A stretch of DNA of 64,000 nt, taken from assembly GCA_034780895.1 (NCBI GenBank), contig JAUZTB010000001.1:99975199-100039198 (forward strand). Direction: 5' to 3'. Made by a program: the position numbers and the translations under genes. This DNA is from Rhynchobatus australiae. Its lineage: Eukaryota. Shown in pieces: positions 52,371-64,000 of this stretch (position 1 is the first letter of the stretch; the number at the start of each line of letters is the position of its first letter). The notes under the pieces are model-generated. The model made no database searches. It saw nothing but the letters and a program-made list of their open reading frames with translations, and was not told the DNA's origin.

Positions 52371-55300
52371 CCAGCAGTTCTATTTCAGCCTCTCTCTTTC
52401 TCCCTGTACACTAATTCCAAGGCCAATGTACCATCTTACACACTAGTTCTTATAAACAAAGCATCGCATGTTACGTGTTTACTATGCCAATGAAATTCAG
52501 GTAACTAAGAAAAGATTTACAAAGTTATGGAGGACTAAGTTTATGTCAGTGGGCAGGCTGACCAGCAGTACTTCTCATGTAACAAATATATTCCCCAGTG
52601 TTTCTAGCATTTCTGCGGAAAAGAAAGCACATATATGTATAAGGTACTGGGAGTGGGAGNNNNNNNNNNNNNNNNNNNNNNNNNNNNNNNNGGCGGAGGG
52701 GCAGAAGGGGTATGGTGGTGAAATAGATAATTAGAACATGGATGATCAAGTTAAGGCAAGTAACTTCCTTCTAATGCCAATATGTGAAATGTTCTTCACA
52801 GCTGTTCCCATGCTTGATGGTCTGACCATCTGTTTGATAATTCCTGGAATCATTTAAAATTCAGCACCTTTATATCAGGTCTGGATCAAGTACTTATTCA
52901 TTTATTATTGTGGCATTTAAAGACTGATAAATTGCAGCTCTTAGTTTTTGACATCAAACAGGGATCACCCTGATGCCTCCAAACACAATCTGGATATACG
53001 GCCTATTCCTGGGTAAATGTTTACATTCCAGCGGTAATAGATAGCTCATGTCCTATAGCTCATAAACTGAGATGGTGTTGCTTAGTGTATGCAGCCAGAT
53101 TTATGTTGACAGCAGGCAATGACCCAGTAAAAACTAGTCATTCATGTGAACTGCACGCCCTTTGAACTAAACCTTCAACAGCCGATATGCAAGGTTGTGT
53201 GAGCTAACAATAAAACTGCTTTTTATTAGACCATCACTGACAAGACATTCCTTTGTATTTTAAAAACTTCATAAGATAGACAATTTGTTTTACAGAAAAC
53301 AGGGAGAACATGATAAGTGTCTGGACTGACCTATGACTATATGGTCTGCATGCTATGTAGGAAGACACATTTAAAAAGAGCCACAGCTTGTCAGGATAAA
53401 TGTTTGTATTGATGTGATGATAACCACGTTCCTTCTTAAAAATAATTCCAGGCCCTCTGAGCATTTCCATCAAAAAAAACCAAAGCAATACAAGAAAATG
53501 CTACAATGTGCATTTTAAATTTTAAATTTTTTTAAATTTAAAAAAATTTAAGCAACTCCTGTTAACTGAGTTCATTTAAGCAACTGCATCCTTCAATAAT
53601 GTGGTTAAAAGCTCCATATTTGTCCCAAGGGTACAAAAGAATGATGTGCTATGAAAAACACCAGACTCAGATTAAAAACTTTTAAAAATCCAAGTGATTG
53701 GGAGGTTTCTTTGACTATCTTTTTGACAATCTTCAAATAGGATCAGCAATGGATATATTGGAACACAGGAGTAAGTAGTAACTTATCAGCCTGGTTTCAG
53801 CAGCAGCAGGATGCACAACATCATGAGAAGCAGCTAACCTGCTACACATTAAAACAAGTAATTATTTAAAGATATCTGAAGGATAGTAACACCTACTTCT
53901 ACAACATCAATTGGCAGCTCCTAAATATGCTCCATTAATCATTGAAGCACCTGCTCTGTGAACTTGTCCAGGTCATTTCTCATTTTTTTTTAGCAAGTTC
54001 CTGTGGTTTCTGCATTTCAGGATCACCAAGACTTCCTTCTTGTTCCCAGCAGGTTGTCTTCCAAACTCCATGTGGGATTGTGTGAATTTGGGCCCATGGA
54101 CAGCAATTACGAACAAATTGCTAAAGAGTTTAGTCTGGTTCATCTCTTCACGAGCAATACCCCTACCTTCTGATAAACAATTTGGGTTCTGTAAACCAAG
54201 TGATGGGAATTGGAATTCAAAAACAAAGTATCTAGTCATTTTATCAATAGCCTTCTTTGAAACTTCACAGTCACCAAATACTTTTGATTTCTGAAACCTT
54301 TTTCAAGACTGAATTAAGGCACTAATGATTAAACTACTGCTAACTACAATAGATACACCTAAGAGGCATTGAACACATGAACAGGAAGGGAATGGAGGGA
54401 TATAGATTGTGCGCAGGCAGATGTGCAGTTTAAATTGGCATCATGGTCGGCACAGACATCATGAGAGAAAGGGCTTGTTCCTNNNNNNNNNNNNNNNNNN
54501 NNNNNNNNNNNNNNNNNNNNNNNNNNNNNNNNNNNNNNNNNNNNNNNNNNNNNNNNNNNNNNNNNNNNNNNNNNNNNNNNNNNNNNNNNNNNNNNNNNNN
54601 NNNNNNNNNNNNNNNNNNNNNNNNNNNNNNNNNNNNNNNNNNNNNNNNNNNNNNNNNNNNNNNNNNNNNNNNNNNNNNNNNNNNNNNNNNNNNNNNNNNN
54701 NNNNNCTTGTGACACACAATACCAAACTCAGAAGATTTTTAATGTTGTTATGGTTACAGATCACAATCTATGTTCTTTAAATGGGTAAAGTTGTTAGGCT
54801 CCAAAGATTTTTCAGTATTTAATAAATCTGAAGGAGGAATAAAAAAGACCACAGTCAGATTGAGATAGAGGAACGGGAGATGAAATAAATAATCGTGGGG
54901 TCAAGGGTAGGGCTAATTTTAAACGTATATCAACCAGGATTCTGCAATTTATACAGATAAATGTGGTGTCACTTCATGATGTATTTGATCTTGTTTGCAT
55001 CAACATGCGCATCAGGACAGTCTGATAAGAACAATGAGCGAACTACAGACACCTATTAGAGATGTGGAGACTAGATGTCCAAAGGAACATATGTATTACA
55101 GATTCCCAAGAAATCTAAGTATAATAGCACAGTAAAATTAGGTTTTACCGAAAGTCAATATATTATTTTGGGACAAACCTAATGGACTGAACCCTCACCT
55201 ACCTCGCTGTTGTAGGTGAATCTAGATGGGACATTATCGGTAAGATTGACGGCCATACAATTCTTATAGAGACAAAATCCCTACTTCACACCGGGACACT

Positions 55301-55529
55301 TTCAGCATCCAGTGGGAAACTCCTATCATGCTAAATGGGATAAAGTCAGAACAGATCTGACAGTTAAAACTGGGCACTCATATGTTTCCGTGGGTAATCA
55401 GCAGAAGCATATTCTTCCACAATCAGTAACAACATGCTTGGTCACGTTCTTCAATCTTGACACAATCAAACCAGAATATTAAGCTTGATTCGACAAGGAG
55501 AGTGAAATGACCAGTACCAGGTAAATAGA

Positions 55530-56335
55530 CATTAGAACATAGAATAGTACAGTGCAGGAACAGGCCCTGACCAATTAAGGCAAATATGCCATATGCTTTC
55601 TTTCCCACTCTATCCACTTGCATTGATGCTTTCAGGGAGCTATGGACTTGTACCTTGAGATCCCTTGAACATCATTGCTACTAAGGGTCTTGCCATTTCC
55701 TCCATATTTTCCTGGTGTATTTGACTGCCAAAAATGCAAAACCTCACTTGTCCAAATCAAACTCCATCTGCCATTTCACTGCCCACATTTCCAACCAATC
55801 TGCATGCGGAAATGGACTGATTAACTTATATTGAGGGATATAGACCATATGCAGGCAGATGGGATTAGCTTGGATTGACATCATGGTTGGCACAGACATG
55901 GTGAGGTGAAGGGCCATTTCCTGTGCTGTATTGTTCTATGGTCTGTACCCTTCTCTATCATTTGACAACCTTCCTCACTGTCCACAACTCGATCAATTTT
56001 CATGTTATCTGCAAACTTTCTGATCAGACCACCTACATATTCATTTAGGTCATTTATAAATATCATTAAAAAACCGAGATCCCAGCACTGATGCTTGCTG
56101 AATGCCACTGGTCACAGACCTCCAGTCAGAGAAATAGCCCTCTACCACTATCCTCTGTCTTCTATAACTAAGCCAATTTTGAATCCATCCTATCAACTCA
56201 CTGTAGATCCCATGTAGCTTAATTTTCTGGACCAGCCTACCATGAGGAACCTTATCGAAAGCTTTACTAGAGTCCATTTAGAAAACATCCACTGTTCTAC
56301 CCTATTAATCATCTTCATCACTTCCTCAGAAAACA
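55530..56335 (-). mobile_element. CR1 RT fragments with nested CR1/SINE tail
   Basis: MDSSKAFDKVPHGRLVQKIKLHGI..WIQNWLSYRRQRIVVEG, IFINDLNEYVGGLIRKFADNMKI, QVDRVGKKAYGIFALIGQG. Confidence 0.92.
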
Positions 56336-56389
56336 CAACCATCTAAAAAGGCAGAGCTAACCACTCAAAGCTGCAACACTGCATTATAT

Positions 56390-56779
56390 GCATTGGAACG
56401 CCATTAATCCAGCACACCTGGGACTTTGGTGGTGCCAGACTGGTAGATTTTCTATTGGACATTATTTCTATTGATACGTCTAACACATCTTTAATTCTTT
56501 GTTTTAGATGTTACATGGTAGAATAATGAGTGTTTTAATGAATGCAGAAAACTTCAAGGAGTGCAGGATGGAGGCCCCGATGAGTCAGAAGCAAAGGGGA
56601 CACCAGGGCCCTGGCATGTTGGAATGGAACATGAGAACTGAGCCACTAGTGTGTCAGAAAGCAGTGTGGGAACCAGAGCCCTGGTGAAGTGGAAGGGAGT
56701 ACAGCAAACATGATCTGCCACATGCTGATCTATCGGGATATTGGAATAGTCTGATGGCAGATCATCAGAGTTTTATTTT
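56390..56779. mobile_element. Tigger-like MITE, copy 2
   Basis: gggactttggtggtgccagactgg, internal ggaaccagagccctggtga subrepeats, right end cagatcatcagagttttat. Confidence 0.6.
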
Positions 56780-56789
56780 ATGTGCTCAC

Positions 56790-58590
56790 AACTAAAAGCA
56801 TTGTGCAATAAACGGGTAATCCCAAAACTAGTGGATCAGACCAAAGATTGAAATTCTGCTGTCCTGCCACATCCAGCCATGAATGGTTGTGGACAATTAA
56901 ACAGACAACGGGAGAAGTTTTCAAAAGCATCTTCATCCTCAGTGAAAGTGTAGCACACCACGTATGTGCCAAAGGTGAGACTGATGCACTTACAGATATC
57001 TTAAACCAGGACTGCTGAGAAGATGGTCTCTCTTTACTGCTTTCTGAGCAATTTCGCAAAAGTAACGACAATGGCACCGGGCAGTATCACAAATACAACT
57101 TGTGTTCCAGAACTGGACAGAGCTCTGGCCAAACTGTTCCAGCACAGTTAAAATTCTGCTGTTGACTAGGCAATGTTGAGCATTGCCCAAACAGGACGTG
57201 CTCACATGAAGCATGACAAATCAATTTAATTGCTGGTCAGGAGTATCTTCTGAATCATCAGCAAATCAGTATAAGGTTTCATTGACAGTGCTATCAATTA
57301 GCACTAACTCATNNNNNNNNNNNNNNNNNNNNNNNNNNNNNNNNNNNNNNNNNNNNNNNNNNNNNNNNNNNNNNNNNNNNNNNNNNNNNNNNNNNNNNNN
57401 NNNNNNNNNNNNTAGCACTAACTCATAACCTCCTCATTGTTGCTCAGGACCACTCAGGTTCAGACCTCACTGCAGCCTTGGTTCAAATATAGGTAATAGA
57501 GTTGAATTCTAGAGGTGATGTAAGGTTCACTGCCCTTCATATGAAGACAGCATGTGACTTGATAGAACTGAAGTCAATGGGAATTAAGTGGCAAATTCCT
57601 TCTGGCTGCTGCCATAACTCACAAAAGGACGATCATTTTTGTTGTTGGAGGTCAATTATCTCAGCTTCAGGACAGCACTGTATGACTCCTTCAGGACAAC
57701 ATCGAAGGATCAACCATCTTCGGCTGCATTGTTAATAATTTTATCTCCATGAGAAGATCAGAAGTGGTGAGATCTGCTGATGATAGCACAGAACTAAGTT
57801 CCATTTGCAACCAATGAGTTAGTCCATCTCCACTGTAGCAAGACATGGAAAATGCTCAGAAATGAAAAGAGGGAAGTAACATTTGTGCCACTTAAGTGTC
57901 AGGCATTGACTATTTTCCAACAGGTGGGAGTTTAACCGCTTCCCCATGACATCTAATGCTTTTGTCACCATTGAATCCATTATCGGTACCTTGACCAAAC
58001 TAAACTGAGCTAGCCATGCAAGTAACAGGGCTACAGGACCAGGATCAGATGCAGGACATTCTGTAATACTTGATCGACCACTTACCCTCACAAATGCTTT
58101 CCACTATTCACAACACACAAGCATGCAACGAAATACTCTCCATTTGCTTGGATTAATGCAGCTACAACAAAATTCAAAACACTGAGTGCCAGCCAGAATG
58201 AAACAGGCCATTTGATTGGCACACCAACCACCTTCCTTAACATTCACTGCCATCATCACTGATGCACCATTGCTGCAGTGTGTGCCATCTACAAAATCTA
58301 CTGCAGTTATGTACCAAGGCTATTTGACAGTGAGTGTATCCAAGGGCAAGAAACAGTAGCCAGGTTGGAACACCACCATTCCAAAGTCACGTTCTAAGTT
58401 GCATACCATGCTGACATGGAAATATCTTGCCGTTCCTTTATTGTCACTGGGTCTAAATCCCAAAAATGTCTATTTAAAGCATTGTGATAAGTCCTTTACC
58501 AACAGTAGCTCAAGAAGACAGCCCACTGAACCAATTTCACAGAAGCAATTAGGTTTTGCCAGTGATGCTCACATCCCTTTATTGAATATA
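56790..58590 (+). mobile_element. LINE (CR1/L2 superfamily) ORF2 remnant and tail
   Basis: Degenerate RT motifs (gaccactcaggttcagacctcactgcagccttggttcaa; ctgctgatgatagcaca) and tail ttgccagtgatgctcacatccc. Confidence 0.7.
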
Positions 58591-58779
58591 AAGAAAAATA
58601 TTGATGAAAATCTTGTGCGTCACAAAAGGAATTGCAAAGTACAGAACTTTGGTTAAGTTTCGGTTTGGAATTTAGTTTTGATCCCTTGAAAAGGCTCTGA
58701 TTTTTAACTAATTTGAAAACTCTTAAGACAATAGGCTTTGATTGGTATTTCTTCTTATTCCAGAAGAGCATAAACTTTA

Positions 58780-59300
58780 GTGAGATTTGATTGAGGTATA
58801 TTTAAAATAACATAAGGTCTGGACTATGTTCATATAATTGAACTACTTGTGTTAAATAGATTAAAGTTACATGCATAAAGTTCCTAAAACACAGAAGCAG
58901 GCTAACTGTCCAGAGTATTTTTTTAAACCACAGGAGATCATCAACTGTGGAAAAAGACTCTGAATAATGAAATGAATTTCAGATTTTGTAGATTTTCTGC
59001 ACACCTCAAGCATAGAGCTTGATGAGTTCCTGGCTTAGAGTCTAATGTAAAGCTAGATGGAAACATTGATGATTTGCTTCATGGTTACTGCAGTCCCCTA
59101 CAAAATACAATCAAGACCTTGAAACAAGATTTTCCGTAATTCTTTTATCTCTGCATTGGGTCTTCATTTAATGTTTTGCTTTGGCTCCTCCCATAGATTA
59201 CATAACTGTTGATGGATAGTCAGTTTTTAAAAAGTTATAATTGTCATTCCAAATGATGTTTTGTTGTAGATTGAAAAGATCAATATGCTCTTGTCCCTCC
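58780..59300 (+). mobile_element. Ancient CR1 3' remnant
   Basis: gatttgattgaggtatatttaaaataacataaaggtctggactatgtt (DLIEV...KGLD.V); tail similar to 34390-34690. Confidence 0.5.
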
Positions 59301-59329
59301 CCATGATTTTCAAAGGTCTTTATCGTAAC

Positions 59330-59930
59330 AGCAATTTCAATTCACTTATAACATAAGTAAAACATCCCAAGATGCTCACAGTAGCCTTAGCAATCAAAAT
59401 TTGATCCATGATATATTAGGGCAAATAAGGAGGCAGATTTTAAGACACAGCTGAAGCTAGGAAAGAAGTGCAAAGAGAAATACGAAAGAAACTTCAGAGC
59501 TTTGGACCTTGTTAGCTGGAGGCATGTCTTCTGATATTTAATTAAAATTGGGGATGTGCAAGAGACCAGATCTGCAAAAATTCAGATGGCTTGAAAGGTT
59601 ATAAAGCTAGAAATAGATAGTGGTGTGGGCATGGTGGAGATTGGTGGTGGGGTAAGACCATAACTGGAATAAAAAACAATAATTATAATTATAAAAGTGA
59701 GCCAGTTTAATTGAGAACCAACACGTCTTGCCAACAAGATTCAGCAAGCATGGGATAACAGGTAAACTTGGTGTACATTGGGTCATGGATAGGGAAATGT
59801 ATTGAAGCAGGAAGATGGTCAGGAACAAATAAAAGGGGTTCAGCAGATTAACAGAGGCAGGTCAGAGTCAGGCGATATAACAGGGCGGAAACAGGTATGG
59901 AATTTAGCCAGAAGCTGAACTCAGGCCAAA
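59330..59930 (-). mobile_element. L2-like LINE 3' remnant
   Basis: aacagcaatttcaattcacttataacataagtaaaacatcccaagatgctcacag; cttcagagctttggaccttgttagctggaggca. Confidence 0.5.
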
Positions 59931-60149
59931 TGCAATATTAATAACAAAGCCAATGACAGTCAACAACAGAAAANNNNNNNNNNNNNNNNNNNNNNNNNNN
60001 NNNNNNNNNNNNNNNNNNNNNNNNNNNNNNNNNNNNNNNNNNNNNNNNNNNNNNNNNNNNNNNNNNNNNNNNNNNNNNNNNNNNNNNNNNNNNNNNNNNN
60101 NNNNNNNNNATATCTACAGCAATGGTCAGATTTAAAACAAAATACATGA

Positions 60150-60925
60150 CACGTACCTTTGAACTTATATCATTCTTGCTGAAAGTGAAGACGATACTAT
60201 GCTGCCCATGAAAAGCCAGAAGATATCCATTCTAGCCAATTACTACCCAATCAGTCTACCCTTAATCAAATAAACTGATGGAAAGTGTCAATGACACTGC
60301 TATCAAATAGTACTTAATCATCAACAGCCTGTACACTAATACTCACTTGAATTCTGTCAAGATCACTTGGTTCTAAGCCTCATTACAGCCTAACTTCAAG
60401 CATGAACAAAACAGCAGAATCCCACAGACGAGTTAAGACTGTCTGCACATAATATTAGAATAGCATTCGACCAAGTCCAGCATCAAGAAATCATGGTTAC
60501 ATTGAAGTCACTAGAATCAAAAGGGAACTGCACAGACCGAGGTTATATATCGTACAAAGGGAGCTGGTTCAATTATTTTAGCAAATCATTTCTACAAAAA
60601 ATCTTCAGAACAGTGTCCCAGGATCAACCATCCACAACTTCCTCATCATTAGCCATTGTAAGATCACAAGTGGGGATGTCTGCTGATGATAGCACCATGT
60701 TAGATTCCATTTTTAGTTCCTCAGAATCAATATATTTGTGCATGCAGCCAAACGTGGACTATATTCCAGTTTAGGCTGATAAGAGGAAAGTAACACATGT
60801 ACCACAGAAGTCCCAGGCGATGACCATTTCCAACCAAAGGAAGTCTAACCACTCCTCCTTGATGTTCAACAGATTTACTATAATTAATCCACCACCAAAA
60901 TTATTCTAGGTTTCACGACTGACAA
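60150..60925 (+). mobile_element. LINE RT remnant (same family as 56790-58590)
   Basis: gccaattactacccaatcagtcta (NY.PISL), gcattcgaccaagtc (AFDQV), gtggggatgtctgctgatgatagcacc (VGMSADDST). Confidence 0.75.
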
Positions 60926-63094
60926 AACCAAGGGATCTTGTGAAATGCACTCCAAAATCGCTCTGTTCCTCTACACTTAATAGTATCCTAGGTAACCTTA
61001 AATCTTTAAACCCCAATGTATATTAGTATCCAAAGTAGAGTGGAATTATTAAATGTAATTGATAACAATAATTATTGAAAATGAAATTTCTTAAATTCAG
61101 GAATCAAATAATTATGAGTTCCCTCAAACCCGTAATGTGTTTGGTATGTTAATACTTAATCTGGACTAAGGAACACAATCAAGAAAGAAATCAATGCCTT
61201 GTCCTTTGAATAACACAGCAATTCTTGAAATAAAATCATATAAATTTTAATAATAACCTGTTCTTCTTAAGTGATTTGATACCACTGTAAAATGGGTCAT
61301 GTTAATAGATATGAATCAGTATCGTGTTTAAACAAATTTTGCAGATTTTATTTTAATTCAGGGTGATGGCAATCAGTACTAGGAAATTTAATGTGCTTTT
61401 ATTTTCACACTCAAAAATTGTAATGAGCATCATTACACCCAGGGTTCAGGGTACACCAATAAAAGTGGGAGAGGGGTTTCAGCAGCAATCAAATCTATAA
61501 ATAAAACACCTCATTGTGGTCAAAATAATATTTTTCAAAAATGACTAATTGCGCTAAATTTAAATCCCATATTATTATCTTATGCTAGGTGCAGACTTGT
61601 TTACATCATGAACAAATGAAATTTCGATAGAGCTCTCAGTCCTTTTGTTAAATAAACTAAAATGAGCATTGTTTCCAAATATCATAAGGAGTATTTACTC
61701 CAAGGCAACAGATAACACAAAGCTCTATTAGATACCAGAAACACAAATGAACAAAATTTATGATATCTTATCTTCTTTCTTAATCCTTCTTAACCTTTCT
61801 ATGCCTAAATCTTCATTTCGTCCCTGTAAAATGTTTAACAAATTGGTTAACAATTAGAGCTTTTCACTTCCTGATGAGAATTTGTCAATGTAATTGGTAG
61901 CTTAAAATCTTTTGTTAACTGTTTCTTTTTCCACATTTGTCGCAGTTGGTTTTGCCGTAGTGGACCGACTGAATGCTGCAATAACAGCAACCTATCACCA
62001 TTTGCTGCCAATAATGTGAAAATGACAACAATGAAATCTCAACAAATGCAGTTAAATATGGAAATCAAAAACATAGTGTCAGCAATACTTTTCTCTTCCA
62101 TGCAGCATGCTACTGGTCCTTGTAGAATTTTTTTAAAGATCATTAAATTAATGTGAATTTAAAATGCTTGTTCAAAAAGTAAATATATGCTCCATCAATG
62201 TTTTGAGTATCCATTAATCAAACAAAAATCTATCTTTAGTCGAACCAACAATGAACATGGTAGTAGTTTATTGAGAAGGGCAATGCTTAATAAGACAACC
62301 TTTGTTATACTGTAATCATTTAGTTGGCATGTGATCTTCTGCTGACAGGCAAATCAAGTGTTCCTGGAGTGTTGAGATTATAGTAACAACCCCTCATCAA
62401 TCACTTCTAGTGCATGCTGGTAGAAAAGCATACACAATTAGCAGGTCATACTTAATAAATATAAAAATATACAAGTCAAGACATAGTTGACTGCATTATG
62501 TAATTATGAATATATGAAATGTTTATAACCATTACTATGTTATGTACATTATTCATCAGTCACAAGTTAAATGACTTATGACAGACTTGTGCTAACCAAA
62601 TAGATTTAAGCTGCACTTTTAAAACAAGACTGGTTCTGGTACTAAGAATGTCTGATAGCTTGCATTATTTTAGTGATGACAACAGTTATCCCCCTCCACA
62701 AACGCTCTGGATTAACTCACATACTGATAAACATTTGAAATATGTCTCCATGAACTACCATTTGACCCACATTTTCACATATTTATGCAGTTTCCTCTCC
62801 CCCAAGTCTATCACATCTCTCTAGTAGACAATTGTGGTGTGCTTTATTTATTATCTTGGTCATTCTACCAAGCAGTCTAAATATCTTAAAAATGGGAGTT
62901 TGCCACTATCAAGTTGTGCCATGAAGTAACTTAATGTTNNNNNNNNNNNNNNNNNNNNNNNNNNNNNNNNNNNNNNNNNNNNNNNNNNNNNNNNNNNNNN
63001 NNNNNNNNNNNNNNNNNNNNNNNNNNNNNNNNNNNNNNGTCATTGCTATTGTTGGACACCAGAGACCTCGAAAACTGACATCAGAATAAATTAA

Positions 63095-63889
63095 TAGTGA
63101 AACTCCCACAATCTGGCATGCTTGGGACTTTGGTAATGGTAGGGTTTCCAGACTATTGGATGTTATTTGTGTTAACACCTCAATACTCTTTAAATTCATT
63201 TTTTTTTAAATGTACACTGTATGAAAATAAATTTTCCAGTGAACCACATGAATGGAATGGAAATACAGGAACCAGGGCCCCAATGGGTTGGAGGAAGAGC
63301 AGAAACTGGGACTCTTGTATATCAGGGGAAGCATATGAACCAGGCCCGACTGAGTGGAAAAAGAGCTTAGGAATCAGGGCCCCATTGTGTCAATGGGAGT
63401 GTGGCCACCAGGCCCCTGGTGTGTCAGTGGGAGTGTGGCCACCAGGCCCCTGGTGTGTCAGTGGGAGTGTGGCCACCAGGCCCCTGGTGTGTCAGAGGGA
63501 GTGTAGCCACCAGGCTCCTGGTGTGTCAGAGGGAGTGTGGCCACCAGGCTCCTGGTGTGTCAGAGGGAGTGTGGCCACCAGGCTCCTGGTGTGTCAGTGG
63601 GAGTGTGGCCACCAGGCTCCTGGTGTGTCAGAGGGAGTGTGGCCACCAGGCTCCTGGTGTGTCAGTGGGAGTGCCAGAACTTGGGTCCCATTGAGTGGAG
63701 AGGAAGCATGGAAACCGGGGCCCTAATACATTAGTGGGAGCACAGCAACCAGGGCCTGGGTGGAAGAGAGTGCGGGAATGAGGACCCTGGTGAGTAGAAA
63801 ATGAGCGCGGTAAACATTACCCAGTGAGCCAGATGCCAAACCATCAGAATTTCTGAATATTTGGATAGCAGATTATCAGAGTTTTACTG
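63095..63889. mobile_element. Tigger-like MITE, copy 3, with internal minisatellite
   Basis: Left tagtgaaactcccacaatctggcatgcttggg; right cagattatcagagttttactg (reverse complement cagtaaaactctgataatctg matches the left end of copy 1). Confidence 0.75.
63386..63673. repeat. 34-bp minisatellite, ~8.5 copies
   Basis: Unit gtggccaccaggc(c/t)cctggtgtgtcag(t/a)gggagt starting at 63401, 63435, 63469, 63503, 63537, 63571, 63605, 63639. Confidence 0.97.
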
Positions 63890-64000
63890 CATTAGGAAAG
63901 GGTCACAGAGACAGTAGTTCTTTGTGTGCAAAAATTAGTGGCAACTACAGAGTCTGGGCCAGTGTATTTTTGCTCCTAATATCAGAACTTGGTCCAAATA

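Noticed and set aside
53522-53551. Perfect 30-bp palindrome
   Set aside because: Composed only of A/T homopolymer runs; low complexity
63401-63660. CTCF-like TGGCCACCAGG in each unit
   Set aside because: Only the 5' half matches; the GGGCGC 3' half is replaced by C(C/T)CCTG
63386-63673. CRISPR-like array of palindromic ~34-bp repeats
   Set aside because: Units are contiguous with no unique spacers, there are no cas genes, and the context is a vertebrate intron; it is a minisatellite
63097-63726. 209-aa ORF and overlapping Cys/Trp-rich ORFs
   Set aside because: By-product of a stop-poor 34-bp tandem repeat inside a MITE
12657-64000. NOVA1 exon 2 ([37 protein letters not shown]) and promoter
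   Set aside because: Not found by eye or in the ORF track and no CpG island seen; probably beyond the window end, although it could hide in a gap. Exon 5 likewise appears to lie before position 1

Overview
AT-rich vertebrate genomic DNA from a gapped draft assembly. The repeat content (CR1/HER1-like LINEs, V-SINE/HE1-like and Deu-domain SINEs, Penelope-like pLTRs) suggests a cartilaginous fish; this is an inference. The whole window appears to lie inside the NOVA1 gene (neuronal KH-domain splicing regulator) on the minus strand. Two exons are clear: the 167-nt exon finishing KH1 (12490-12656) and the 72-nt alternatively spliced, YCAY-rich autoregulatory exon (7173-7244). The rest is intron filled with decayed TEs: a degenerate Gypsy LTR element, many CR1/L2 fragments, SINEs, Penelope remnants with hammerhead-ribozyme-like cores, and three Tigger-like MITE copies, one carrying a 34-bp minisatellite. 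The most notable observations are candidate unannotated poison exons in the NOVA1 pre-mRNA (185 nt at 6546-6730 with a textbook branch point, immediate stop and downstream UG repeat; 103 nt at 34847-34949; a 13-nt microexon at 32106-32118) and a ~415-bp imperfect foldback at 26253-26666. TE boundaries are approximate and were read by eye.
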